A stretch of 44,834 bases of DNA from positions 1 to 44,834 of the forward strand of contig DASPKO010000156.1 of the NCBI GenBank assembly GCA_035628055.1, given 5' to 3'. This document shows positions 9,223-16,773 of this stretch, in pieces. The notes under the pieces are model-generated. The model did no database searches, was not told where the DNA came from, and saw only the letters and a program-made list of their open reading frames with translations. The translations under genes and the position numbers were made by a program. Source of the stretch: Phycisphaerales bacterium (lineage in GTDB: Bacteria; Planctomycetota; Phycisphaerae; Phycisphaerales; UBA1924). The stretch's first letter is position 1; each line of letters opens with the position of its first letter.

Positions 9223-10687
9223 GGATGGCTTCGAGGGTGTGGGGCGCCGGCGGATTTGAGGGCGAGGAGACGGGCTCGGGTCCAACGCCCCCGGGGCGGG
9301 CGCGCGGGATCCAGAGCAGGGCCGGGGCGGCGTAGAGCACGATCCAGGCCGGAAGGCTGTAGCGGCTGTAGGGCTGGACCATCAGCGCGTGGATGCCGAT
9401 CAGCGCGCCCACGCCCGCGAGGATGAGCGCCAGGCCGAAGCGGCGGCGGGCCAGCAGCACGACTCCGGCCGCCACGGCGAGGCCGAAGAGCGGCGCCTGG
9501 GGGAAACCCGGCACGTAGCGCACCCGGAGCCAGGCGAAGAAGCGCCCCGGCGGCCCGCTCTCCCCGTGCATCATCAGCGGGCGGAGGCGCTCGGGATTGA
9601 CGGTGACCTGGAGGTTGGGAGCGACCTGGCCCCACTGGGTGCCATCGGCCCCGACCCGGCCGACGTAGCCCGCCGACTCGTTGTACGTGTGCCCGGACCA
9701 CACCGGGAAGATGTTGAGCTGCCAGAGGAGGGCCTTGCCGACCCCCGCGGCGTAGTCGGCGGGGCGCTGGGCGATGCTGGCGCGGACCCAGCGGGCCAGC
9801 AGCCGGCGGCGCTCGGCGTCGTGCCAGCCGTTGATCTGGGCGAGGAAGGCGTGCACGCTCAGCGTTCCCTCGCGCAGGCGGGCGTGGGCGTCGCGCACAT
9901 CCGGGGGGAGCTCGAGCTCCTCGGTGAGCAGTCCGGCCCAGGCCATGCCGCTCCAGAAGCCGACCTCGGTCCCGCGCGCGAAGCCCTCGACGCCGCGCCG
10001 CGCGTTGTAGCGGAGCCAGGGGCCGGTGGTCACGGCAAAGGCGAGCACCAGGGCGAGCGCGGGCGCGACCGCGGCGCGGACGCCGCGCGTGCCGGGTTCA
10101 CGGGAGCTGTGGAGGAGCCATCCGAGCGCCAGGAAGGGGACGGCGATCTGGAAGCTGGGCCGGACCAGGCAGGTCAGGCCCAGGACGATGCCGAGCAGCC
10201 CCCCCCACGCCCAGCGCGGTCGCGTGCCAAGGCAGGCGATCGCGAAGGCGGCCGCCATGCCCAGCACCGAGAGCGCCTCGGTGAGCAGATAGCACTCGAA
10301 GCCGATGAGCCAGGGGTCGAGCGCGGCGAGGGTGCCCAGGGCGGCGCCGATCCGGGGTCCCGCCAGGCGGATCGCGACCAGACCGACCAGGAAGGTGGCG
10401 AGCCAGCCGGCCAGGTGCTGGGCCAGGAGAATGCCAACCGGCCCGTCGCCGAAGGCGATGAGGCAGCCCGCCAGGAAGACGGGGTATCCGGGAGTCCGGA
10501 GGGGGTTGATCTCCATGGGCTGGCCCTGCACGAGGAGCTGGGCCCAGTGGAGATATCCGCTCCCGTCATCGGTGATGACCAGGGGGAGGGCGGCCAGGCC
10601 CCAGAGCCGGATCGCAGCCCCGACCAGGGCGATCAGGTAGACCGCGCGGCGGGCCGATAAGCGCTGGGGCGTGGGTGCGGGCGTCAT
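9215..10687 (-). CDS. GT-C fold membrane glycosyltransferase (ArnT/PMT, GT39-like), paralog 2
   Basis: ATG 10687. N-terminal helix followed by VITDDGSGYLHWA, then many TM helices. Colinear similarity to the 7663-9222 product. Confidence 0.7.
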   Translation of the reverse strand: MTPAPTPQRLSARRAVYLIALVGAAIRLWGLAALPLVITDDGSGYLHWAQLLVQGQPMEINPLRTPGYPVFLAGCLIAFGDGPVGILLAQHLAGWLATFLVGLVAIRLAGPRIGAALGTLAALDPWLIGFECYLLTEALSVLGMAAAFAIACLGTRPRWAWGGLLGIVLGLTCLVRPSFQIAVPFLALGWLLHSSREPGTRGVRAAVAPALALVLAFAVTTGPWLRYNARRGVEGFARGTEVGFWSGMAWAGLLTEELELPPDVRDAHARLREGTLSVHAFLAQINGWHDAERRRLLARWVRASIAQRPADYAAGVGKALLWQLNIFPVWSGHTYNESAGYVGRVGADGTQWGQVAPNLQVTVNPERLRPLMMHGESGPPGRFFAWLRVRYVPGFPQAPLFGLAVAAGVVLLARRRFGLALILAGVGALIGIHALMVQPYSRYSLPAWIVLYAAPALLWIPRARPGGVGPEPVSSPSNPPAPHTLEAIHA

Positions 10688-10831
10688 GCGGAGCGAGGGC
10701 GGGCGGGCGGAGTATAAAAGCCGGGCCCGAGCGCGTCAGTTTGCCGACGGCCCGGGGAACCCTGCCGCGGGTGAGGCGGTACTAGGATGAGGGGTCGCTG
10801 ACGGAAGCGACGCGCGAGCCCGAGGCAACCC

Positions 10832-11266
10832 ATGACCAATCGCGGAAGCAGCCTGATGCGCCTGACGCTGGCCGTGCTGGCCGCGGTCTGGCTGCCCCTG
10901 TGCTGCTGCCAGGCGGGGATGCTGGTCGGCTGGACGGGCACGCTCGTGCGGGGCGAGGAAGCCGCGCATGCCTGCTGCGGCTGCGAGGGCGCGGAGGGCC
11001 GGTCTCCCGGGGCGCCGGCGCCGGAGCGGGACGATTGCCCGGACTGTGCCGAGTCACGTTCCCGGACGGCCACGCTCGGGGAGCGGTGGGCGCCGCAGAC
11101 CGACGACATCGGCGTGCCTGCGCCGCTGCCGGCGCGACCGACCGCGTGGGTGCTCGAGCAGGTACCTGCCGGCCCGGGCACGGCCCGGAGCGGGGACGGG
11201 TTCGAGCGCGCCGCGGCGGGGGTCTGCTGGTCGCTCGTGCGCCAGCGGTGCGCGCTCATTATCTGA
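10832..11266 (+). CDS. Cys-rich small protein with N-terminal hydrophobic helix (first gene of the efflux operon)
   Basis: GAGG 6 nt upstream of ATG 10832, and high GC3. MRLTLAVLAAVWLPLCCCQAG hydrophobic segment. Ten Cys in 144 aa (CCC, HACCGCEG, DDCPDC, C..LVRQRC). No family recognised. Confidence 0.6.
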   Translation: MTNRGSSLMRLTLAVLAAVWLPLCCCQAGMLVGWTGTLVRGEEAAHACCGCEGAEGRSPGAPAPERDDCPDCAESRSRTATLGERWAPQTDDIGVPAPLPARPTAWVLEQVPAGPGTARSGDGFERAAAGVCWSLVRQRCALII

Positions 11267-11292
11267 ATCATCGGTGCGTGTGACGGCCGCGG

Positions 11293-11310
11293 CCGCGAGC
11301 GATCGCTCGC
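11293..11310. promoter_or_regulatory. Perfect 18-bp palindrome between the Cys-rich gene and the adaptor gene (possible operator or RNA hairpin)
   Basis: CGCGAGCGATCGCTCGCG is its own reverse complement. It lies 27 nt after the stop of 10832-11266 and about 95 nt before ATG 11404. No U-tract follows it. Confidence 0.25.
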
Positions 11311-11403
11311 GCGCACGTGGCGCTCTTTGGCGCGGGCCGCCGAGGGTGCGTTGACACCACGGCGGTTGGGCCCGGATTCTCGACGGCACCGGAGCGCGAT
11401 GAC

Positions 11404-13041
11404 ATGGCGGACCTGACAGACTTTCTGGGCCGGCGGCACGCCCACCCGAGCGGGAGCATCGGCACGGGCGCGACGCCCGTGGTGGCGCCAGCGGTTCCCA
11501 TGCCGGGCCGGCGCTGGCAGACGCGGGTGCTGGTTCCGGCGCTGCTGGTGCTCGGGCTGGCGGCGCTGCTGGCGATCGCGGGGCGGAGCGCGCTGACCCC
11601 GGCGCTTGCGGTGCGCGTGCTGCCGGTGATCGTGAAGGCGGACGGGAGCGCGGGCGGCACGGACGGGGGCGGCGCCGGGGCCGGGGAGCTGGTCTCGCAG
11701 GCCGCCGGATGGATCGAGGCGGACCCGTACGCGGTGAGCGTGCCCGCCCTCTCCGAGGGCGTGGTGCGTGAGGTGCTGGTGCTCGAGGGGGATGCGGTCG
11801 AGGCGGGCGACGTGGTGGCACGGCTCATCGACGAGGACGCGCGGATCGCGCTGGGCGGCGCCGAGGCGGAGCTCGCGGAGGCCGAGGCCGAGCTGCAGAG
11901 CGCGCGCGCGGAGCTGGCGGCGGCCCAGACCCGCTGGGACAACCCGGTCGACCGCGAGGGGCTCGTGGCCGGGACGCGGGCGATGCTGGACGAGGCGCGG
12001 GCGGAGCTGGCCCAGCTCCCGGCGATGATCGGCGAGCGCGCGGCGCGGGCGGGGGAGATGCGCGACGAGCTGGAGCGCAAGGAGCGGCTGGCGGAGATCC
12101 GGGGCGTGGCCGCGGGCGAGCTGGCGCGTCTGCGCCTGCGCCTCGAGGCCGAGGAGGCCGGCCTCGAGGCGGCGCGGAAGAACGAGGGCGTGCTCCGGGC
12201 GAAGGTGGCGCAGCGCGAGGCGGAGCTGCGGGCAGCAACCGAGGAGCTCCGCCTGCGCGTGGACGAGGCGCGGATGCTGGCGCTGGCGCGGGCGGGCGTG
12301 TCCCTGGCCGAGGCCCGGGTCGGTCGGGCCCGGTGGGCGCGCGACGAGGCGGCGCTGCGGCTGGCGCGAACGGAGGTGGTCGCGCCGGTCGCGGGGGTGG
12401 TGCTGGAGCGGATCGCCGAGCCGGGGTCCCGCGTGATGCTGGGGGGCGAGGGGGGCGGCGGCGCGATCCTGCGGCTCTTCGACCCGGGCAAGCTGCAGGT
12501 GCGGGCTGACGTGCCGCTGGCCGAGGCGTCGGGGGTGGGACCGGGGCAGCGGGCGGAGGTCGTCGTCGACGCCCTGCCCGAGCGCGTCTTCGAGGGCGTG
12601 GTCACCCGGGTGGTGGGGCAGGCGAACATCCAGAAGAACACGCTGCAGGTGAAGGTGGCGCTGCGCGACCCGGCGCCGCAGCTCCGCCCCGAGATGCTGG
12701 CGCGGGTGCGGCTCTTCGGGCGCGGGCCCGAGGGCGGCGCGGCCGCGGCGGGGGCGGGGAGCGCGGGCCCCGAGCGCGTGCTGGCGCCCCGCGCGGGCCT
12801 GTTCGAGGTCGCCGGCGACGCGGCGCGGGCCTGGGTGGTGGACAAGGCGCGCTCGGCGGCCACGCTCCGCCAGGTGGCGCTGGCGCCGGGGGCGGGGAGC
12901 GGGAGCGGGGAGTGGGTGCGGGTCGAGTCCGGCCTGTGGCCGGGCGATCAGCTCATCGAGCCCGGCACGCCCGGGCTGAGGGAGGGCCGGCGGGTGCGCG
13001 TCGCGGGAGAGGTCCCGGGGGAGGATGACCATGGAGCGTGA
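11404..13041 (+). CDS. HlyD/MacA-family periplasmic adaptor (membrane fusion protein)
   Basis: N-terminal TM helix VLVPALLVLGLAALLAIA, lipoyl-like half VSVPALSEGVVREVLVLEGDAVEAGDVVARL, a long Ala/Glu/Arg coiled coil, the second lipoyl half TEVVAPVAGVVLER, and a beta-barrel region. GGAG sits about 10 nt upstream of ATG 11404 (the track start at 11317 is also possible). Confidence 0.85.
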   Translation: MADLTDFLGRRHAHPSGSIGTGATPVVAPAVPMPGRRWQTRVLVPALLVLGLAALLAIAGRSALTPALAVRVLPVIVKADGSAGGTDGGGAGAGELVSQAAGWIEADPYAVSVPALSEGVVREVLVLEGDAVEAGDVVARLIDEDARIALGGAEAELAEAEAELQSARAELAAAQTRWDNPVDREGLVAGTRAMLDEARAELAQLPAMIGERAARAGEMRDELERKERLAEIRGVAAGELARLRLRLEAEEAGLEAARKNEGVLRAKVAQREAELRAATEELRLRVDEARMLALARAGVSLAEARVGRARWARDEAALRLARTEVVAPVAGVVLERIAEPGSRVMLGGEGGGGAILRLFDPGKLQVRADVPLAEASGVGPGQRAEVVVDALPERVFEGVVTRVVGQANIQKNTLQVKVALRDPAPQLRPEMLARVRLFGRGPEGGAAAAGAGSAGPERVLAPRAGLFEVAGDAARAWVVDKARSAATLRQVALAPGAGSGSGEWVRVESGLWPGDQLIEPGTPGLREGRRVRVAGEVPGEDDHGA

Positions 13042-13765
13042 GGCGATCATCCGCTGTCGGGCGCTCACGCGCTCGTACCGCAAGGGCGAGACGGTGATCA
13101 CGCCGCTCGACGGCATGGACCTGGACGTTCCCGAGGGGGACTTTCTGGCGCTGATGGGCCCGTCGGGGAGCGGCAAGACGACGCTGCTCAACCTGGTCGC
13201 CGGGATCGATCGGCCCACGTCGGGGTCGCTGCGGATCGCGGGGGTCGAGCTCGCGGAGGTGCCGCCGGCCAAGCTGGCGGCCTTCCGGGCCGAGCACATC
13301 GGGTACATCTTCCAGCTCTACAACCTGGTGCCGGTGCTCACGGCCTATGAGAACGTCGAGCTCCCCCTGCTGCTGCGCCGCGAGCTGTCGCGCCGCGAGC
13401 GGCACGCCCGCGTGGCGGCGGCGCTTGGGCTGGTGGGGCTGGCGGACCGGCATGACCACTTCCCGCGGCAGCTCTCCGGGGGGCAGGAGCAGCGGGTGGC
13501 CATCGCCCGCGCGATCGTGCCGGACCCCAAGATCATCGTGGCCGACGAGCCCACCGGCGACCTGGACCGGGCCTCGGCCGGGGCGGTGATGGAGCTCCTG
13601 GGGCGGCTCAATCGCGAGCTGGGCAAGACCATCGTGATGGTGACGCACGACCCGCGCACCGCCGGGCACGCGCGGCGGGTGCTGCACCTGGACAAGGGGC
13701 GGCTGGTGCGCGAGGACCAGCACGACCACGAGCCGGCCCTGGCCGGAGAAGGGATGGCCCGATGA
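13031..13765 (+). CDS. ABC transporter ATP-binding protein (MacB/LolD-type)
   Basis: Walker A GPSGSGKTT, Q-loop FQLYNL, signature LSGGQEQR, Walker B IIVADEPT, H-loop VTHD. GGGAGG lies 7 nt upstream of ATG 13031. The alternative ATG at 13025 overlaps the SD. Overlaps the adaptor gene's stop. Confidence 0.93.
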   Translation: MEREAIIRCRALTRSYRKGETVITPLDGMDLDVPEGDFLALMGPSGSGKTTLLNLVAGIDRPTSGSLRIAGVELAEVPPAKLAAFRAEHIGYIFQLYNLVPVLTAYENVELPLLLRRELSRRERHARVAAALGLVGLADRHDHFPRQLSGGQEQRVAIARAIVPDPKIIVADEPTGDLDRASAGAVMELLGRLNRELGKTIVMVTHDPRTAGHARRVLHLDKGRLVREDQHDHEPALAGEGMAR

Positions 13766-14913
13766 TCGGCCCGAGGCACATGCCCCTGGTGCTCAAGCAG
13801 GTGTGGAGGCAGCGGACCCGGAGCCTGCTGACGGTGCTGGGCGTGGCGGTCGCGATGTTCCTGTTCGCCTCCGTGCAGGCGATGGACCGGGGCGTCACCC
13901 GCGCCACGAGCGCCACCCGGGCCGACACGGTGCTGGTGGTCTACCGGGAGAACCGGTATTGCCCCTTCTCGAGCCGCCTGCCCGAGCACTATCTCCAGCG
14001 GATCGCGCGTCTTCCCGGGGTCGCGAGCGTGGTGCCCATGAAGATCGTGGTGAACAACTGCCGGGCGAGCCTGGACGTGATCACGTTCCGGGGCGTGCCG
14101 GCCGAGGGGTTCCGCCAGTACGCCCGGGCGATGACGTTCCTGGATGGCTCGTTCGAGAAGTTCGAGGCGCGGGGCGACGCCGCGGTGATCGGGGAGGCGC
14201 TGGCGCGGCGGCGGGGTTTTCGGGTGGGTGATGGCTTCGACGCCGCGGGCATCACGGTGAACGTGGCGGGGATCATCCGCTCCGACGAGCCCCAGGACGA
14301 GAACGTGGCGTATGTGCACCTGGGGTTCCTGCAGCGGGCCAACGAGCGGAACCAGGAGGGGATCGTGACGCAGTTCAACGTGCGCGTGACCGACGCGGCG
14401 CTGCTGCCCCAGGTCGCCCGGGCCATCGACGAAGAGTTCCAGGACGACCAGGACCCGACGCACACGCGCACGGAGAAGGCCTTCGTCGAGGCCGCGGCCC
14501 GGGACGTGGTCGAGATCGTGCGCTTCACGCGGTGGCTGGGGTGGGGATGCCTCGCGGCGGTGCTGGCGCTGGTGGGCAACGCCATCGTGCTCAGCGTGCA
14601 GGACCGCGTCAAGGAGCACGCGATCATGCAGACGCTCGGCTTCGGGCGGGGTCTGCTGGCCCGGCTGATCGTGGCCGAGGGCCTGGTCCTGGGACTGATC
14701 GGCGGCAGCCTGGGAACGGCGGGCGCGTGCGCGCTGCTGTGGCTGCGGCCGGTGAGCTTCTCGACCGAGGGGATCAATCTCACGGTGTCGGCCCCGCCGG
14801 GCCTGCTGGCGGCGGGCGTCGTCGGGTCGGCGGTGCTGGGCGCGCTGGCGGGCCTGGTGCCGGCCTGGCAGGCGTCGCGTCGCGAGATCGCGGCCTGTTT
14901 CCGGGCGGTGTAG
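13762..14913 (+). CDS. ABC transporter permease, FtsX/MacB-type (permease 1)
   Basis: ATGA start/stop overlap with the ATPase gene. N-terminal TM LLTVLGVAVAMFLF, a large periplasmic domain, then three C-terminal TM helices with the FtsX-like block IMQTLGFGRGLLARLIVAEG. Confidence 0.85.
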   Translation: MIGPRHMPLVLKQVWRQRTRSLLTVLGVAVAMFLFASVQAMDRGVTRATSATRADTVLVVYRENRYCPFSSRLPEHYLQRIARLPGVASVVPMKIVVNNCRASLDVITFRGVPAEGFRQYARAMTFLDGSFEKFEARGDAAVIGEALARRRGFRVGDGFDAAGITVNVAGIIRSDEPQDENVAYVHLGFLQRANERNQEGIVTQFNVRVTDAALLPQVARAIDEEFQDDQDPTHTRTEKAFVEAAARDVVEIVRFTRWLGWGCLAAVLALVGNAIVLSVQDRVKEHAIMQTLGFGRGLLARLIVAEGLVLGLIGGSLGTAGACALLWLRPVSFSTEGINLTVSAPPGLLAAGVVGSAVLGALAGLVPAWQASRREIAACFRAV

Positions 14914-14931
14914 GCAGGAGGTTCGGCAGAG

Positions 14932-16098
14932 ATGGTGCTGCTCCCGATCGACTACGCGGTGCGGAACCTGGGGCGCTCGCCCCTGCGCCTGTGGCTCTGG
15001 GTGTCGGGGAGCGCCCTGATGGTGCTGCTGGTGCTGGCCGCCGGGGCCTTCGTGCGCGGGATGCAGCACTCGCTGAGCGTGAGCGGCGCCAGCGACCGCG
15101 TGGTGCTGATCGGCGCCGGGAGCGAGGACTCGATCGAGCGCAGCGAGATCGCGGCCAACGTCGGGGCGCTGATCGCCGCCTCCGTGCCGGGTATCCGCAG
15201 CGTCGGGGGCGTCCCGCTCGTGTCGGCGGAGGTGCACATGGCCCTCCCGCTCAAGGCCTCGGTAGCGGCGGCGCAGGAGTCGATGGCGGTCGTGCGGGGC
15301 GTGACGAGCGCGGCCCTGCTCGTGCACACCCCGGTGCAGATCGTCGCGGGGCGGCTTCCCCGGGCCGGGGCCGACGAGCTGATGCCCGGGCGGATGGCGG
15401 CCGCCAAGCTGGGCCTGCCCGAGAGCGCCCTGGAGATCGGGCAGAGCCTGTGGATCGACGAGCGGCCCTGGGAGATCGTGGGGCGGTTCGTGGCCCCCGG
15501 GTCGGTGATGGAGAGCGAGGTGTGGACCGCGCTCACCGACCTGAAGATCGCGGCGCGGCGGGAGACGGACTCGACGGTGATCCTCGCGCTGGGGACCGCG
15601 GAGCTGGCGGACATCGACGCGTTCACGCGGCAGCGGCTGGACCTGGAGCTGGCGGCGATGCTCGAGAGCGAGTACTACGCCAAGCTGGCCCGGTTCTACG
15701 CCCCGGTGCGCGCGGTCGCCTGGGGCACCGCGGCGCTGATCGGATTGGGCGGGCTCTTCGGAGGGCTGAACATCATGTACGCGGCGTTCGCGTCGCGCAT
15801 CCGCGAGATGGCCATGCTCCGGTGCCTGGGGTACACGCGCGGGGCGATCATGCTCAGCCTGGTGCAGGAGTCGGTCATCGCCGCCGCGGCCGGCTCGCTG
15901 ATCGGGGCGGCGATCGGCCTGGGGGTGCTCGACGGCGTCGCGGTGCCGTTCTCGATGGGCGCGTTCGGACTGCGCGTGGACGCGGGCGCGCTGAGCGTGG
16001 GCCTGGGGGCCGGGCTGGGGATGGGGCTGGGCGGGGCGATCCTGCCGGCCTACAGGTCGCTGAAGGCACCGATCACCGAAGCGCTCAGGGCGGCATAG
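14932..16098 (+). CDS. ABC transporter permease, FtsX/MacB-type (permease 2)
   Basis: AGGAGG 9 nt upstream of ATG 14932. Same topology as permease 1 (N-terminal TM, periplasmic domain, three C-terminal TM helices, MLRCLGYTRGAIMLSLVQES). Confidence 0.8.
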   Translation: MVLLPIDYAVRNLGRSPLRLWLWVSGSALMVLLVLAAGAFVRGMQHSLSVSGASDRVVLIGAGSEDSIERSEIAANVGALIAASVPGIRSVGGVPLVSAEVHMALPLKASVAAAQESMAVVRGVTSAALLVHTPVQIVAGRLPRAGADELMPGRMAAAKLGLPESALEIGQSLWIDERPWEIVGRFVAPGSVMESEVWTALTDLKIAARRETDSTVILALGTAELADIDAFTRQRLDLELAAMLESEYYAKLARFYAPVRAVAWGTAALIGLGGLFGGLNIMYAAFASRIREMAMLRCLGYTRGAIMLSLVQESVIAAAAGSLIGAAIGLGVLDGVAVPFSMGAFGLRVDAGALSVGLGAGLGMGLGGAILPAYRSLKAPITEALRAA

Positions 16099-16173
16099 TT
16101 CCAGGCGGCGGGGCGATGACGGGCGACGTGGGACGGCGTGACAGAGCACAGCACTTCAACCAAAGGAGGTCCT

Positions 16174-16770
16174 ATGACGGTCAACCGGTTCGGTGGGATG
16201 TGCGCGGGGGCGTGCCTGGCGGGAGCGCTCCTGGGCGTGGGCGCGTGGCTCGGGGGGTGCGAGGAGAAACCCAACCCCGTCGGCGCCGAGACCTCGCGGC
16301 CGGCGGGCGCACCCGCGCCCGCGGGCGTGACCGTGCCCGCGAGCCTCTTCCTGGCGCAGGCGCCGGACGCGGCCCAGCCGGTGCGGGCCGCCAAGGCCGC
16401 CGCCAAGGCGGGCGACCGCGTCGTGCTGGTGGGCAAGATCGGCGGGACCGAGGACCCTTTCGCGCCCGAGCGGGCGATCTTCACGATCGTCGACCCGGCG
16501 ATGCCGACCTGCGCCGACAACCCGGCGGACTCGTGCAAGACGCCCTGGGACTACTGCTGTGAGGATCCCGACGACGTCGCCGCCAGCTCGGCGACGGTGC
16601 AGATCGTCGGTCCGGACGGGATGCCGCTGAAGGTGACCGCGCAGAACGCGGGCGGCCTGCGCCCGATGAGCACGGTGACGGTGGTCGGGACGGTGGCGCA
16701 GCGCGACGAACACACCCTGGTGGTGAACGCGACGGGCATCCACGTCGAGGCGCCCAAGCCGAGAGGGTGA
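16174..16770 (+). CDS. Hypothetical lipoprotein with a C-x7-C-x6-CC cluster, embedded in the efflux operon
   Basis: AAAGGAGG 5 nt upstream of ATG 16174. Signal peptide plus lipobox AWLGGC. The mature part has PTCADNPADSCKTPWDYCCED followed by beta-rich segments. No family recognised. Confidence 0.7.
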   Translation: MTVNRFGGMCAGACLAGALLGVGAWLGGCEEKPNPVGAETSRPAGAPAPAGVTVPASLFLAQAPDAAQPVRAAKAAAKAGDRVVLVGKIGGTEDPFAPERAIFTIVDPAMPTCADNPADSCKTPWDYCCEDPDDVAASSATVQIVGPDGMPLKVTAQNAGGLRPMSTVTVVGTVAQRDEHTLVVNATGIHVEAPKPRG

Positions 16771-16773
16771 GCG

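Noticed and set aside
10684-16149. 874-aa (10684..13308) and 934-aa (13345..16149) minus-strand ORFs
   Set aside because: They are antisense to the well-supported efflux operon (Walker motifs, FtsX topology on the + strand). The translations are low-complexity and Arg/Pro/His-rich.
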